A model generated the notes under the pieces. It had not been told where the DNA came from, searched no databases, and saw nothing but the letters and a program-made list of their open reading frames with translations. Positions 9,572 to 17,981 of a DNA stretch of 20,949 nucleotides are shown here, one piece after another. Made by a program: the position numbers and the translations under genes. Each line of letters starts with the position of its first letter. Position 1 is the stretch's first letter. This DNA is from Vulcanimicrobiales bacterium (GTDB taxonomy: Bacteria; Vulcanimicrobiota; Vulcanimicrobiia; Vulcanimicrobiales; Vulcanimicrobiaceae), in the NCBI GenBank assembly GCA_038215615.1, contig JBBQQR010000028.1:1-20949 (forward strand), written 5' to 3'.

Positions 9572-10936
9572 ATGATAACAGCGCTTCTGCTCGCTGCCGC
9601 TTTACAGATTCGTCCATCGCCTGCTGCCGGCCACTGGCAGGGCTACATGGAACGTGGAGCTGCGCGGCTCGCCGTACGTTTCGATTTTCCGGTAAATGAT
9701 CCGAGCCGTGGGTTCTTTTCGGCGCCCGACCTCGGCGCAATCGACATACCCGTTGCTAGCTTGACTCAAGCACCTCGGCTACGCTGGCAGATCGTTGGAG
9801 ACACAACGACGACGGACTTCGACGCGACGATCGCGGGCAATTCGATGGTGGGAACGTTTAGTGAGAATGGCACCACTGGAACGCTGCATTTAGAGCGTCT
9901 GTCTATTTCGATCGAAAAACCGTATGTCCAACAAGAGGTAACGTTTACAAACGGCGCCGTGAAGCTCGCGGGAACCGTGCTTGTTCCGCGAACGCCGGGC
10001 AAGCATCCCGCGGTTATTTTCATTCACGGTTCGGGTCCAGAGGGACGTTGGGCGACAAAATACATTGCGGATTACGTAGCGCGGCACGGCATCGTCGCAT
10101 TGGTTTATGACAAACGCGGAGTAGGCGGCTCGACCGGCGATTGGCGCGCCTCGACGCTGCAGGACCTTGTCGGCGATGCGCGTGCTGGTGTAGATTTGCT
10201 CGTCCGCCGGAGTGACGTCGATCGTAATAATGTTGGAGTCTACGGACACAGCCAGGGCGCAGAGATCGCCCCGGCGATCGCCGAGGACAACCTGGAAGTC
10301 AAGTGGATTATTGCGGCGGACGGACCTGTTGGACCGCAGTACTATCAGGATCTCTTTCGCGTCAACACTGCGCTCGCGCAACGGTATTCTGACGGAACCC
10401 TTCGAGACGCAGAAAAGCTATACGCAGAGTTTGTAGATGTAGCACGCACTGGGGCTTCGCACGATCAGCTTCGGGCGGACATTCGGAATGCCGAAAGTGC
10501 TCCATGGCTCGACGATCTCGCAATTCCCGCCGATGACAACTGGATTTGGAACTGGTATCGTACGTCGGGAAATTATGACAACACTCACGCGTGGGGAACC
10601 GTGCGCGTCCCCGTACTTCTGATTTTCGGAGCCAAGGATTCCATCGTGCCGCCGCAAGAGAGCATCGCCGCGACAGCGCGCATCCTGAAAACACACTATA
10701 ATCCGAAGGTCAGCGTGCGGTTATTCCCGGGAGCCGATCATACCGAGCGTGTGCCGGCAGCTACGCCCGGTGGCTGGCCGCACAATGCGGCGGGGTTCCC
10801 GGATATTATTGCCACGTTCGTGCGATCGGTCCGGAGCGTCGCGAAAAGAAGAGCAGGGCGATCCGTTCGATCGGGTCGTGGTCGCACAAGCCCTAATCGG
10901 AGAGCCGCGTTCATTAGCGTTGACGCTCGGTCTTAG
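9572..10936 (+). CDS. Secreted alpha/beta-fold serine hydrolase (S9/S15-like)
   Basis: Signal peptide MITALLLAAALQ, HGSG, YDKRGVG, nucleophile GHSQG, acid GAKD, His FPGADH. The last ~30 aa look like read-through into foreign sequence. Confidence 0.9.
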   Translation: MITALLLAAALQIRPSPAAGHWQGYMERGAARLAVRFDFPVNDPSRGFFSAPDLGAIDIPVASLTQAPRLRWQIVGDTTTTDFDATIAGNSMVGTFSENGTTGTLHLERLSISIEKPYVQQEVTFTNGAVKLAGTVLVPRTPGKHPAVIFIHGSGPEGRWATKYIADYVARHGIVALVYDKRGVGGSTGDWRASTLQDLVGDARAGVDLLVRRSDVDRNNVGVYGHSQGAEIAPAIAEDNLEVKWIIAADGPVGPQYYQDLFRVNTALAQRYSDGTLRDAEKLYAEFVDVARTGASHDQLRADIRNAESAPWLDDLAIPADDNWIWNWYRTSGNYDNTHAWGTVRVPVLLIFGAKDSIVPPQESIAATARILKTHYNPKVSVRLFPGADHTERVPAATPGGWPHNAAGFPDIIATFVRSVRSVAKRRAGRSVRSGRGRTSPNRRAAFISVDARS

Positions 10937-10943
10937 AAGTTAC
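10854..10943 (+). pseudogene. Relic of a PIN-domain VapC toxin C-terminus
   Basis: QGDPFDRVVVAQALI (from 10854), then after a frameshift AAFISVDAR, then LRSY back in the first frame. Matches the VapC pattern HxDPFDRxxxAQAxxExxxxxS/TxDxxxxxY. Confidence 0.6.
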
Positions 10944-11908
10944 GCAACAGTTATGACGACTTTGGCGCGGGCGTGGCCCGTATCGACGTAACGCATGGCT
11001 TCGGCTGTTTCGCTTAGCGGGTAACGCCTATCGATCGCGGGCGTGAGCTTTCCGGTTGCCATCATTTCGGCGAGGACGCTAAGGTCGGCTTGGTTCGACT
11101 TGGCGATGAACGGAACAAATTTTTGTTTTCCGAGGCGGGAGAGGGCGAGCGCCGTCATCATGTGCTTCATGAGACCGGGCAGCGACATGTTGTGCGGCAC
11201 GCCGGCCATTACCGATATACCGCTTGGGTTTAAGATGCGCCGATAGGACGCAGCGCTATGGTTGCCGGCGTTCTCGAAGATGATGTCGTAGGTTTGGGTT
11301 TCTTTAGTGAAATCGTTTTGCGTGTAATCGATCACGCGGTCGGCGCCGAGCGATCGCACCAGTTCCACGTTTCCGGTACTGCAAACGGCCGTGACATGGG
11401 CGCCGAGCGCTTTGGCGATCTGCACGGCGAAGGTGCCGACGCCGCCGGATGCACCGTTCACTAAGACACGCTGACCGGGCTGAAGATGGCCGTAGTCGCG
11501 CAAGCCCTGCAATGCCGTAAATCCGCAGACCGGCGCGGCCGCGACTTGTTCGAACGTCATGTGATCGGGCTTCGCAACGAGCCGATTTTCTTTCGTACAA
11601 CCATATTCCGCGAAGGCGCCCTTGCAGACGCCGAAGACCGCATCGCCGGGTTTGAATTGCGTGACGTTCCGGCCGACGGCTTCGACGACGCCGGCCAGAT
11701 CGATGCCGGGCCGGATTTTGGGCTTGCGCAATCCGAACATGAGACGCATGACGTAGGGGTGGCCGCTCATGATGCGCCAGTCGGGCGCGTTGATTGACGC
11801 GGCGTGGATTTTTACGAGGACGTCGTCGTCGGCGGGGGTGGGTTTCTCGACGTCGACGAGCTTGAGCACATCCGCCGAGCCATAGGCGGTGTAAACGATG
11901 GCTTTCAT
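10940..11908 (-). CDS. NAD(P)-dependent MDR-family oxidoreductase (quinone oxidoreductase / alcohol dehydrogenase-like, no obvious Zn ligands)
   Basis: MKAIVYTAYG, GIDLAGVVEAVG, GAFAEY, NGASGGVGTFAVQIAK, LGADRVIDY, GHARAKVVI. Confidence 0.93.
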   Translation of the reverse strand: MKAIVYTAYGSADVLKLVDVEKPTPADDDVLVKIHAASINAPDWRIMSGHPYVMRLMFGLRKPKIRPGIDLAGVVEAVGRNVTQFKPGDAVFGVCKGAFAEYGCTKENRLVAKPDHMTFEQVAAAPVCGFTALQGLRDYGHLQPGQRVLVNGASGGVGTFAVQIAKALGAHVTAVCSTGNVELVRSLGADRVIDYTQNDFTKETQTYDIIFENAGNHSAASYRRILNPSGISVMAGVPHNMSLPGLMKHMMTALALSRLGKQKFVPFIAKSNQADLSVLAEMMATGKLTPAIDRRYPLSETAEAMRYVDTGHARAKVVITVA

Positions 11909-12157
11909 CTATGGCGGGTTACCGGGCTGGCTCAGGCGTTGTTTCGGATCAAAGGAGGCGGCCTAGTTACACGCGGGGCTTTCCGCGCTCAAACGCCACA
12001 GAATGAGCAGCATTGCCGTAAGCCCTGCGGCGGCTAAGGACGCAATACGAGAAGCTCTGCGATTTCGACGTGAGAACGGAATGGAATTACCTCCAGCTGT
12101 TACTTAGCGGAGCGTCTTTCGGGGAGTGTACGAATAGAGCGCGTAGAAGGTGCCGTT

Positions 12158-12401
12158 ATGCCCGTACGCTCGTCGACGCCCGAGCAGCGTAAGAAGAGGT
12201 TGCAGGGTCTGCGGCGCTATTTTTGGCTAGCGACGCTTATTTCCGTGATCTGGGTTGCGGTAGCTTTGTGGGCGCTCTTCGCGAACGCCGCCGCCACGAA
12301 AACTGTGGCTTACATACTTGGGCGCTGCGGTTATTTGGGGCGTTGTCGGGTGGCGCGGCTACATCGCGGCCCGTAAATTCGAGCTAGAAAACACCGAGTA
12401 A
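12158..12401 (+). pseudogene. Small two-TM membrane protein with a +1 frameshift (or sequencing error)
   Basis: ORF 12158..12376 has one TM and then becomes random-looking after YILG. Removing one G from GGG 12320-12322 gives YILGAAVIWGVVGWRGYIAARKFELENTE*, with a second TM and a stop at 12399-12401 (80 aa). Confidence 0.6.
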
Positions 12402-12416
12402 GGGTACTTTTAATTC

Positions 12417-12746
12417 ATGCGTTCATTTGTCGCTTCGGTTCTCTCGCTTGCAGTGCTGGGCGGGCTGCCGCTTGCCGCGCGGGCGCAGACGGTGCCGTGC
12501 GCCTTTGCGACAAATCGCGCTATCATTCAGCAGCAATTACAATCGGACTTACAAGCGCAGATCGGCGCACAACAAAGCACGATGGTACGTCAGCAGATTC
12601 TCAATACGCTTGAGCTGCAATCGTCGCTCAACCATAACGATTGGGCTATGCGTCAAATCTTGCTGCAGGAGCAGCTGAATATTCTCCGGCTCGAAGCTCG
12701 GCAGCGCGCCCTCAAAGCGAAGACCAAGAAGAAGCTACCGCGCTAG
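12417..12746 (+). CDS. Secreted Gln/Leu-rich helical hypothetical protein
   Basis: Signal peptide ending AARA|Q, QQQL-type helical repeats, basic tail; GGGTACTTT just upstream. Confidence 0.75.
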   Translation: MRSFVASVLSLAVLGGLPLAARAQTVPCAFATNRAIIQQQLQSDLQAQIGAQQSTMVRQQILNTLELQSSLNHNDWAMRQILLQEQLNILRLEARQRALKAKTKKKLPR

Positions 12747-12750
12747 GGGG

Positions 12751-12811
12751 CCCTTCGACTTGCGCGCCGATGGCGCGCCGCTCAGGGTGGTTCGACAGGC
12801 TCACCATGACA
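12751..12811. repeat. REP-like palindromic element, copy 2 (two modules, one with an inserted hairpin)
   Basis: CCCT-TCGAC-TT-GCGCGCC-GAT-GGCGCGC-C-GCTC-AGGG, then TGGT-TCGAC-AG-GCTC-ACCA-TGACA. Confidence 0.9.
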
Positions 12812-12818
12812 ATATGGC

Positions 12819-12992
12819 ATGACCCGCCATGACAATTTTGTGGACGGCACTGATTTGCAGGGCGCCAACTTTACCGGCGCGCGGCATTGCGTCTGGCTCG
12901 GGAACCGAACCGCGCCGCGCTGCAAGCCCGCAACCGCGCAGATGCTGCAGCAGTACGGTCATGCAAACCTGAGCGGTGCGATTGGGCCCTGA
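12819..12992 (+). pseudogene. C-terminal fragment of a pentapeptide-repeat protein (57-codon ORF)
   Basis: MTRHDNFVDGTDLQGANFTGARHCVWLGNRTAPRCKPATAQMLQQYGHANLSGAIGP*. TDLQG/ANFTG/ANLSG are A(D/N)LxG pentapeptides. The ATG lies in the duplicated REP tail. Confidence 0.55.
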
Positions 12993-13034
12993 TCTTGAGA
13001 TGATAAGGGTGGAAGCGCGGCGTAGGTGGGATCA

Positions 13035-13463
13035 ATGGAATCATTAGACCTCAGCAAAGCACCGCCGCGCAGCCCGAAGCTGGCGCTTGACGGGCTGGCA
13101 ATGCTTCCCCGGACGATCGACAAGTTGCGTGCCGGTTTGCCGGGCGGAAATCCGGGCGCGTACCGGATCGCCGGCTTTAGCGAACGCATGCTGGAGACGA
13201 TCGGCGTCACCGAAGATCAACTGCGTGAAGTCGTCGCCGGCGCGAAGAGCGATGACGATGTCGTTCAGTGGCTGCGCGAAAATGCGGAGACGAGTAAGTA
13301 CGAGGAGTTCTCGCAATACATTTCCAAGCGCTCGATTGACGACGTTACCGATAAGGCCGCGTTCATGGAGCGCTATCCGATCCTCAAGAAGCGGCCGGAT
13401 ATTTATTACCTCGCCGACATGCTCGAAGCGGACGACGCGGAGATGTTCGCCGGAAAAAGTTAG
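13035..13463 (+). CDS. DUF5069 domain-containing protein
   Basis: LDLSKAPPRSP...LPRTIDKLRA...GAY...DDDVVQW...LEADD; ATG13035 preferred over GTG13026. Confidence 0.8.
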   Translation: MESLDLSKAPPRSPKLALDGLAMLPRTIDKLRAGLPGGNPGAYRIAGFSERMLETIGVTEDQLREVVAGAKSDDDVVQWLRENAETSKYEEFSQYISKRSIDDVTDKAAFMERYPILKKRPDIYYLADMLEADDAEMFAGKS

Positions 13464-13981
13464 GGCTTGGGTTCGCTCGCCTCCTCGGCGTCAATCGCGG
13501 CTTCGGCGACGAACTTCCACAGCGCGGCTTGCACGCTGACGACCAAATAACCCCAGTCTTCGACGTACCCCTCGCGGGCTTGTGAGGCGGCATCGTCGAG
13601 GTAGCGCTGATCGTTGAGCGCAAGAATGTCTTGCATGGCGTCGTAGATGTCGGCGAGATCTTCTGAGAGCTCGCGGGTCTCGACGGGTCCGGCGCGCATG
13701 GGAATGACGAGCACCTGCTCAGACATGACGTAACGGATGTCAAAGAGATCTTTGAGTTTGGCTCGGTCGGCGCGCTTCGCTTCGGTGACCATGGCCGGGT
13801 CGTCGTTGTCGGCGGGGGTTTCGGGCAGATCCAGCGCGGCGAGCTGTAATTCCAAAAGCGAGCTATGCAGATCCGCGTACGTTTCCGCCAGGTCAGAATC
13901 GGTACTCGTATCGATAAGCTCGATGTAATCGTTTGCCGCCGATAGAAACGCTTGCCAGGTAGGGTCGTTGCTGTCGATCAT
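13460..13981 (-). CDS. DUF5063 domain-containing protein
   Basis: Acidic helical protein with AALDLPE, LSEDLADIY and DWG motifs; ATGA overlap with the MFS stop. Confidence 0.7.
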   Translation of the reverse strand: MIDSNDPTWQAFLSAANDYIELIDTSTDSDLAETYADLHSSLLELQLAALDLPETPADNDDPAMVTEAKRADRAKLKDLFDIRYVMSEQVLVIPMRAGPVETRELSEDLADIYDAMQDILALNDQRYLDDAASQAREGYVEDWGYLVVSVQAALWKFVAEAAIDAEEASEPKP

Positions 13982-15231
13982 TCGTTTGCCAGGTCCGCGT
14001 CGCGACGTTCGGGGGTGACGAAGTATCCGACCGCGGTAAAGATCGCGACCGCGGCAAACATGACTAGGGCAACCACGGCCATCGCCTTAGCATAATCGGG
14101 ATGCCCCGAGGGCAGCGGAAAATTGTTCGCCGCAAATACCGTTTCCATTTGCAACGCGCCGGCTGAGATGAGATTGCCCATTTGATAGGTGAAGCCGGGG
14201 AACGTGCCGCGTGCGGTACCGGGCGATATTTCATTTAGGTGTGCAGGGATGACGCCCCACGCGCCCTGCACCATGAGCTGTATGAAAAAGCCTCCAACTG
14301 CGAGCATCAGGACGGTTTGACTGAACGCCCACAGCGGCACGAGCGCGGCGCCGAGAATCGCGCAGAGTATGATCATCGGGCGCCGGCCGAAACGTTGAGA
14401 GAGCCGGCCGAAGAAGATGCCGCCGACGATCGCTCCGACGTTCATGATGGCGGTAAGCGTTCCGACCAACGCCGGGTTGAATTTATGTTGGAGTGTGAGG
14501 AAGGTCGGATATAAATCTTGAGTTCCGTGCGACATAAAATTGAGCGCGCTCATTAGAAGTATTGCGTAGAGAAAGAGCGGCCAGCGCGCTTTCAAGGCGG
14601 AAAGCAACGGGTCGGCGGTTCGAACTGCGGCGCTGTGTTTCTGCGCGAGCCACGCCTGCGATTCGGGGACATGTGCGCGGATATAGAATATCAACAGCGC
14701 GGGCAGCACGCCGATGACGAACATCCCGCGCCAGCCGATGTGCACGTAAAGGACGGCCAGCACGACCGCGGCGAGCAAGTACCCGACGGCGTAGCCCTCT
14801 TGCAGTATGCCGGAAAAGAGGCCGCGCTTCTGCGTGGGGAGCGATTCCATTGCAAGCGCCGCGCCGATTCCCCACTCGCCGCCCATCGCAACGCCGAAGA
14901 GCGCGCGGATGATGAGAAAGACGGTGAGGTTCGGAGCGAAGGCGGTAGCGAGTTCGAGCGTGGAGTACAGCCCGACGTCGATCATCAGCGGGATGCGCCG
15001 GCCGAAGCGGTCGGCGATCCACCCGAAGATGAGCGCACCGAGCGGTCGGAGCATCAACGTCAGCGTCACGCCGAATGCGACCATCGGCACGGCGACGCGA
15101 AAGTCGTGCGCGATGTGCGGTACGGTTACGATGACCAGGAAAAAATCGAACGCGTCGAGCGACCACCCAAGAAAGCTCGCGGTAAACGTTTTTTTCTGTT
15201 GTTTTGTGAGGTCGCGGAAGGTGTTCAGCAC
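13978..15231 (-). CDS. MFS transporter, sialate/carboxylate:H+ symporter family (NanT/Jen1-like)
   Basis: FLGWSLDAFDFF, RPLGALIFGWIADRFGRR, MGGEWG, NFMSHGTQDLYPTFL, QGAWGVIPAHLNE, YQMGNL. Confidence 0.92.
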   Translation of the reverse strand: MLNTFRDLTKQQKKTFTASFLGWSLDAFDFFLVIVTVPHIAHDFRVAVPMVAFGVTLTLMLRPLGALIFGWIADRFGRRIPLMIDVGLYSTLELATAFAPNLTVFLIIRALFGVAMGGEWGIGAALAMESLPTQKRGLFSGILQEGYAVGYLLAAVVLAVLYVHIGWRGMFVIGVLPALLIFYIRAHVPESQAWLAQKHSAAVRTADPLLSALKARWPLFLYAILLMSALNFMSHGTQDLYPTFLTLQHKFNPALVGTLTAIMNVGAIVGGIFFGRLSQRFGRRPMIILCAILGAALVPLWAFSQTVLMLAVGGFFIQLMVQGAWGVIPAHLNEISPGTARGTFPGFTYQMGNLISAGALQMETVFAANNFPLPSGHPDYAKAMAVVALVMFAAVAIFTAVGYFVTPERRDADLANE

Positions 15232-15243
15232 TACGCCACGCCG

Positions 15244-16107
15244 CTAGGGAGAGCTGGTCGCCACTGGGGACGCACTGCTCATGGGCGAGGCGGACGGGGT
15301 GGCGCTTGCGCCGGCGACGTCGGTTGCGTAGAGCACAAGCACGTACGTGTTATTTTTCGCCACGGTGAATTTCGGCGGAGTGAAACCGAAGATCAGCATG
15401 TTTTTCTGCAGGGAAGACTTGTCGAGCGAAAGTACGGGCGCGTAGGTTTTCGTTTTGCCCTGCATGCGCTGCAGAAAGAGTTGTAAGGCGAAGCCGCGGT
15501 TGGGGATTTGATCTTTCGGCAATGTAAATGAAGCGATTGCCAAGCCGTCGAGCGGGAAGTCGGCATTGGTCGTGATCGCGACGGTCATCAGCGTCGTGAC
15601 CTTCGTTACATCTTTGGGGACGTGCGCCATGACGGGCGACTCTTTCGGCAACGCTTGGGCGTTGAGTGTTATCGTTGGAGCGGTGCTCGCGGGGGACGGC
15701 GTTGCGCTCGGATTTCCCGACGTCGACGGTGACGGCGACGGTGACGGCGACGGCGAGGGGCTGGCGGTCGGAGTCGGCGTTTGTTTCTTTCCGGGTTTTG
15801 GCGTGGGTGTCGGAGGCGGAACGTTAAAACGAATTTGGCACGCAAAATCGGGTTGCGTTTCCGGACACGCGAAACCGTTGGCCGCGTCAGCGAGCGGGTA
15901 GGTTGCGGGCCCGGGTGATGGAGTTGCGGATCCGTTTTTTGCGTTCGGTCCAGCGGTTCCGCTGCTCGCAGGCGGTGCGCCACCGCCCACGCCGCCGGGC
16001 GGCAACGGGTTGCCTTGCTGTCCCGAACTGAAGTTACCGGAGCATGCCGCGATTGCAAGCAGCATCAGTATAGCTAGTGCGGGCGGCAACAGGCTCGGCT
16101 GACGCAT
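15244..16107 (-). CDS. Pro/Ser/Thr-rich lipoprotein of unknown function
   Basis: Lipobox LAIAAC, (SP)n and TP-rich linkers, beta-rich C-terminal domain. Confidence 0.82.
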   Translation of the reverse strand: MRQPSLLPPALAILMLLAIAACSGNFSSGQQGNPLPPGGVGGGAPPASSGTAGPNAKNGSATPSPGPATYPLADAANGFACPETQPDFACQIRFNVPPPTPTPKPGKKQTPTPTASPSPSPSPSPSPSTSGNPSATPSPASTAPTITLNAQALPKESPVMAHVPKDVTKVTTLMTVAITTNADFPLDGLAIASFTLPKDQIPNRGFALQLFLQRMQGKTKTYAPVLSLDKSSLQKNMLIFGFTPPKFTVAKNNTYVLVLYATDVAGASATPSASPMSSASPVATSSP

Positions 16108-16119
16108 TATGCTGTTACG

Positions 16120-16181
16120 CCCCTCGACTTGGGCGCCGTTCGGCGCCCTGCTCGGGGTCCTTCGACAGGCTCAGGATGACA
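16120..16181. repeat. REP-like palindromic element, copy 3 (two modules, one with an inserted hairpin)
   Basis: CCCC-TCGAC-TT-GGGCGCC-GTTC-GGCGCCC-T-GCTC-GGGG, then TCCT-TCGAC-AG-GCTC-AGGA-TGACA. Confidence 0.9.
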
Positions 16182-16213
16182 CATTGGCTAGCAGGATGAC
16201 ACATTGGCTAGCA
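16172..16213. repeat. Perfect 20-bp tandem duplication spanning the REP end and the thrS stop
   Basis: CAGGATGACACATTGGCTAG at 16172-16191 and 16192-16211, plus CA. Confidence 0.95.
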
Positions 16214-17906
16214 TTTCGTTAGCGAAGGCGGCGATCGGGATCGTGCGTTTCTCTTCCATCTGACGTTCGTTCACGTTCACGGTCCCGTCGGCCGCTTCTT
16301 GCTTGCCCACCACTAAAATGTAGGGAACTTTCTGCGTTTTCCAGTGGCGGATCTTGTAGCCGAGCTTTTCGTTGGACTCATCAACCTCGATACGTAGGCC
16401 GCGTTCGCGCAGCTGCGACGCGACCGTATGCGCGTATTCGAGCTGGTCCTCCGAGATCGGAGTGATCGCGGCCTGAACCGGGGCGAGCCAGACAGGGAAA
16501 TTCCCCCCGTAGTGCTCGATGAGCAGGCCGAAGAAGCGTTCCATCGAGCCGGCCAGCGCGCGGTGGATCATGACGGGCGTGTGGTCGGCGCCATCGGAGC
16601 CGCGATATTTTAGCTCGAAGCGTTGCGGCAATACGAAATCAACTTGCACCGTGCCGAGCTGCCACTTGCGGCCGATCGCGTCGCGGACGTTGATATCGAG
16701 CTTCGGTCCGTAGAAGGCGCCGCCGCCTTCATCTATACCGTAGGTAAGATGGTTGCTTTCGAGCGCCTTGCGAATCGCGCTTTCGGCGATGGGATCGGTC
16801 TCCGTTTGCAGCTTGGCTTCGCGGGTCGAAAGATAGAACTCGAGCTCGAAGCCGAACGCTTTCATTAAACGCATTGCCTCGCTGAGCGTGCGCTCGAATT
16901 CTTCTTGAACTTGCTCGGGCGTGCAGAAGAGGTGCGCATCGTCAACCGTGAACCCGCGCACGCGTGTGAGGCCGTGCAGCACGCCGCTGCGTTCGAAGCG
17001 ATAGGTCGTTCCGAATTCGGAATAGCGCAGCGGCAGCTCGCGATAGCTGTGCTGGCGATCTTTATAAATGAGGATATGGCCGGGGCAGTTCATCGGCTTT
17101 AAGCGGAAGCGCTGCTCCTCGACTTCGAGCGGACCGAACATATTCTCCGCAAAGTTTTCCAGGTGGCCGGAGATCTCGTAGAGGCGTTCGTTGACGACGT
17201 GCGGCGTGATGACGGGCAAGTAGCCGCGTTCCAGTAAGCCTTCGCGGATAAAGTTTTCGATGATGCCGCGAACGATCGCGCCTTTGGGGTGCCAAAAAAT
17301 GAGGCCGCCGCCGGCTTCTTCGTGAATGGAGAAGAGGTCGAGCTCTTGTCCGAGCTTGCGATGGTCGCGCTTCTGCGCTTCCTCGATCTGTTTTAGGTGC
17401 GCGTCGAGTTCTTCTTGGGAGTTCCAAGCCGTGCCGTAAATGCGCTGCAGCATCGGGTTGTGTTCATCGCCGCGCCAGTATGCGCCGGCGACGCTCATCA
17501 ACTTGAGCGCGCCGATGCCGCCGGTGCGATCGACGTGGCCGCCGCGGCAGAGGTCGGTAAATTCACCGATCGTGTAGAGCGTGATCGGCTCGCCTTCGGG
17601 AATCTCGCTCGCGATTTCGGTTTTGTAGGGATTATCTTTGAAGCGCGTGAGCGCTTCGTCGCGCTTCACTTCGCGGCCGGTCATTTCATAATTTGCGCCG
17701 ACGATCTGGTGCATGCGCTTTTCGATGCGCTGGAGATCTTCGGGCGTGAACGGTTCGGAGCGGTCGAAGTCGTAGTAAAAACCGTTCTCGATGGCGGGGC
17801 CGATAGTCGGTTTGGCGTCGGGGAAGAGGTCTTGCACGGCATAGGCCAAGACATGCGCCGCCGTGTGGCGCAGTTCGGGAAGACCGGCCTGTTGTTGATC
17901 AGCCAT
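16188..17906 (-). CDS. thrS: Threonine--tRNA ligase lacking the N-terminal TGS domain (572 aa)
   Basis: RHTAAH, IENGFYYDF, DLCRGGH, AYWRGD, RIYGTA, RDHRKLG, KPMNCP, RVRGFTVDDAH, GAFYGPK, HRALAGSMERF, anticodon-binding domain. Start at ATG17906 (MADQQQ). Confidence 0.97.
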   Translation of the reverse strand: MADQQQAGLPELRHTAAHVLAYAVQDLFPDAKPTIGPAIENGFYYDFDRSEPFTPEDLQRIEKRMHQIVGANYEMTGREVKRDEALTRFKDNPYKTEIASEIPEGEPITLYTIGEFTDLCRGGHVDRTGGIGALKLMSVAGAYWRGDEHNPMLQRIYGTAWNSQEELDAHLKQIEEAQKRDHRKLGQELDLFSIHEEAGGGLIFWHPKGAIVRGIIENFIREGLLERGYLPVITPHVVNERLYEISGHLENFAENMFGPLEVEEQRFRLKPMNCPGHILIYKDRQHSYRELPLRYSEFGTTYRFERSGVLHGLTRVRGFTVDDAHLFCTPEQVQEEFERTLSEAMRLMKAFGFELEFYLSTREAKLQTETDPIAESAIRKALESNHLTYGIDEGGGAFYGPKLDINVRDAIGRKWQLGTVQVDFVLPQRFELKYRGSDGADHTPVMIHRALAGSMERFFGLLIEHYGGNFPVWLAPVQAAITPISEDQLEYAHTVASQLRERGLRIEVDESNEKLGYKIRHWKTQKVPYILVVGKQEAADGTVNVNERQMEEKRTIPIAAFANEMLANVSSC

Positions 17907-17981
17907 GGAATGTCTCGTGCTTTTGGCCGAAGGGCACTCTTGGCCCTTGAGCGTTGCGGGGGTTGCTCTCAATTTGAAGTA

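Noticed and set aside
14483..15486. Long ORFs 14635..15486 (+) and 14483..15166 (-)
   Set aside because: Antisense and off-frame shadows of the MFS gene.
15726..15760. (GACGGY)n hexamer run
   Set aside because: Explained by the (Ser-Pro)n linker of the lipoprotein; in frame, so not a phase-variation switch.
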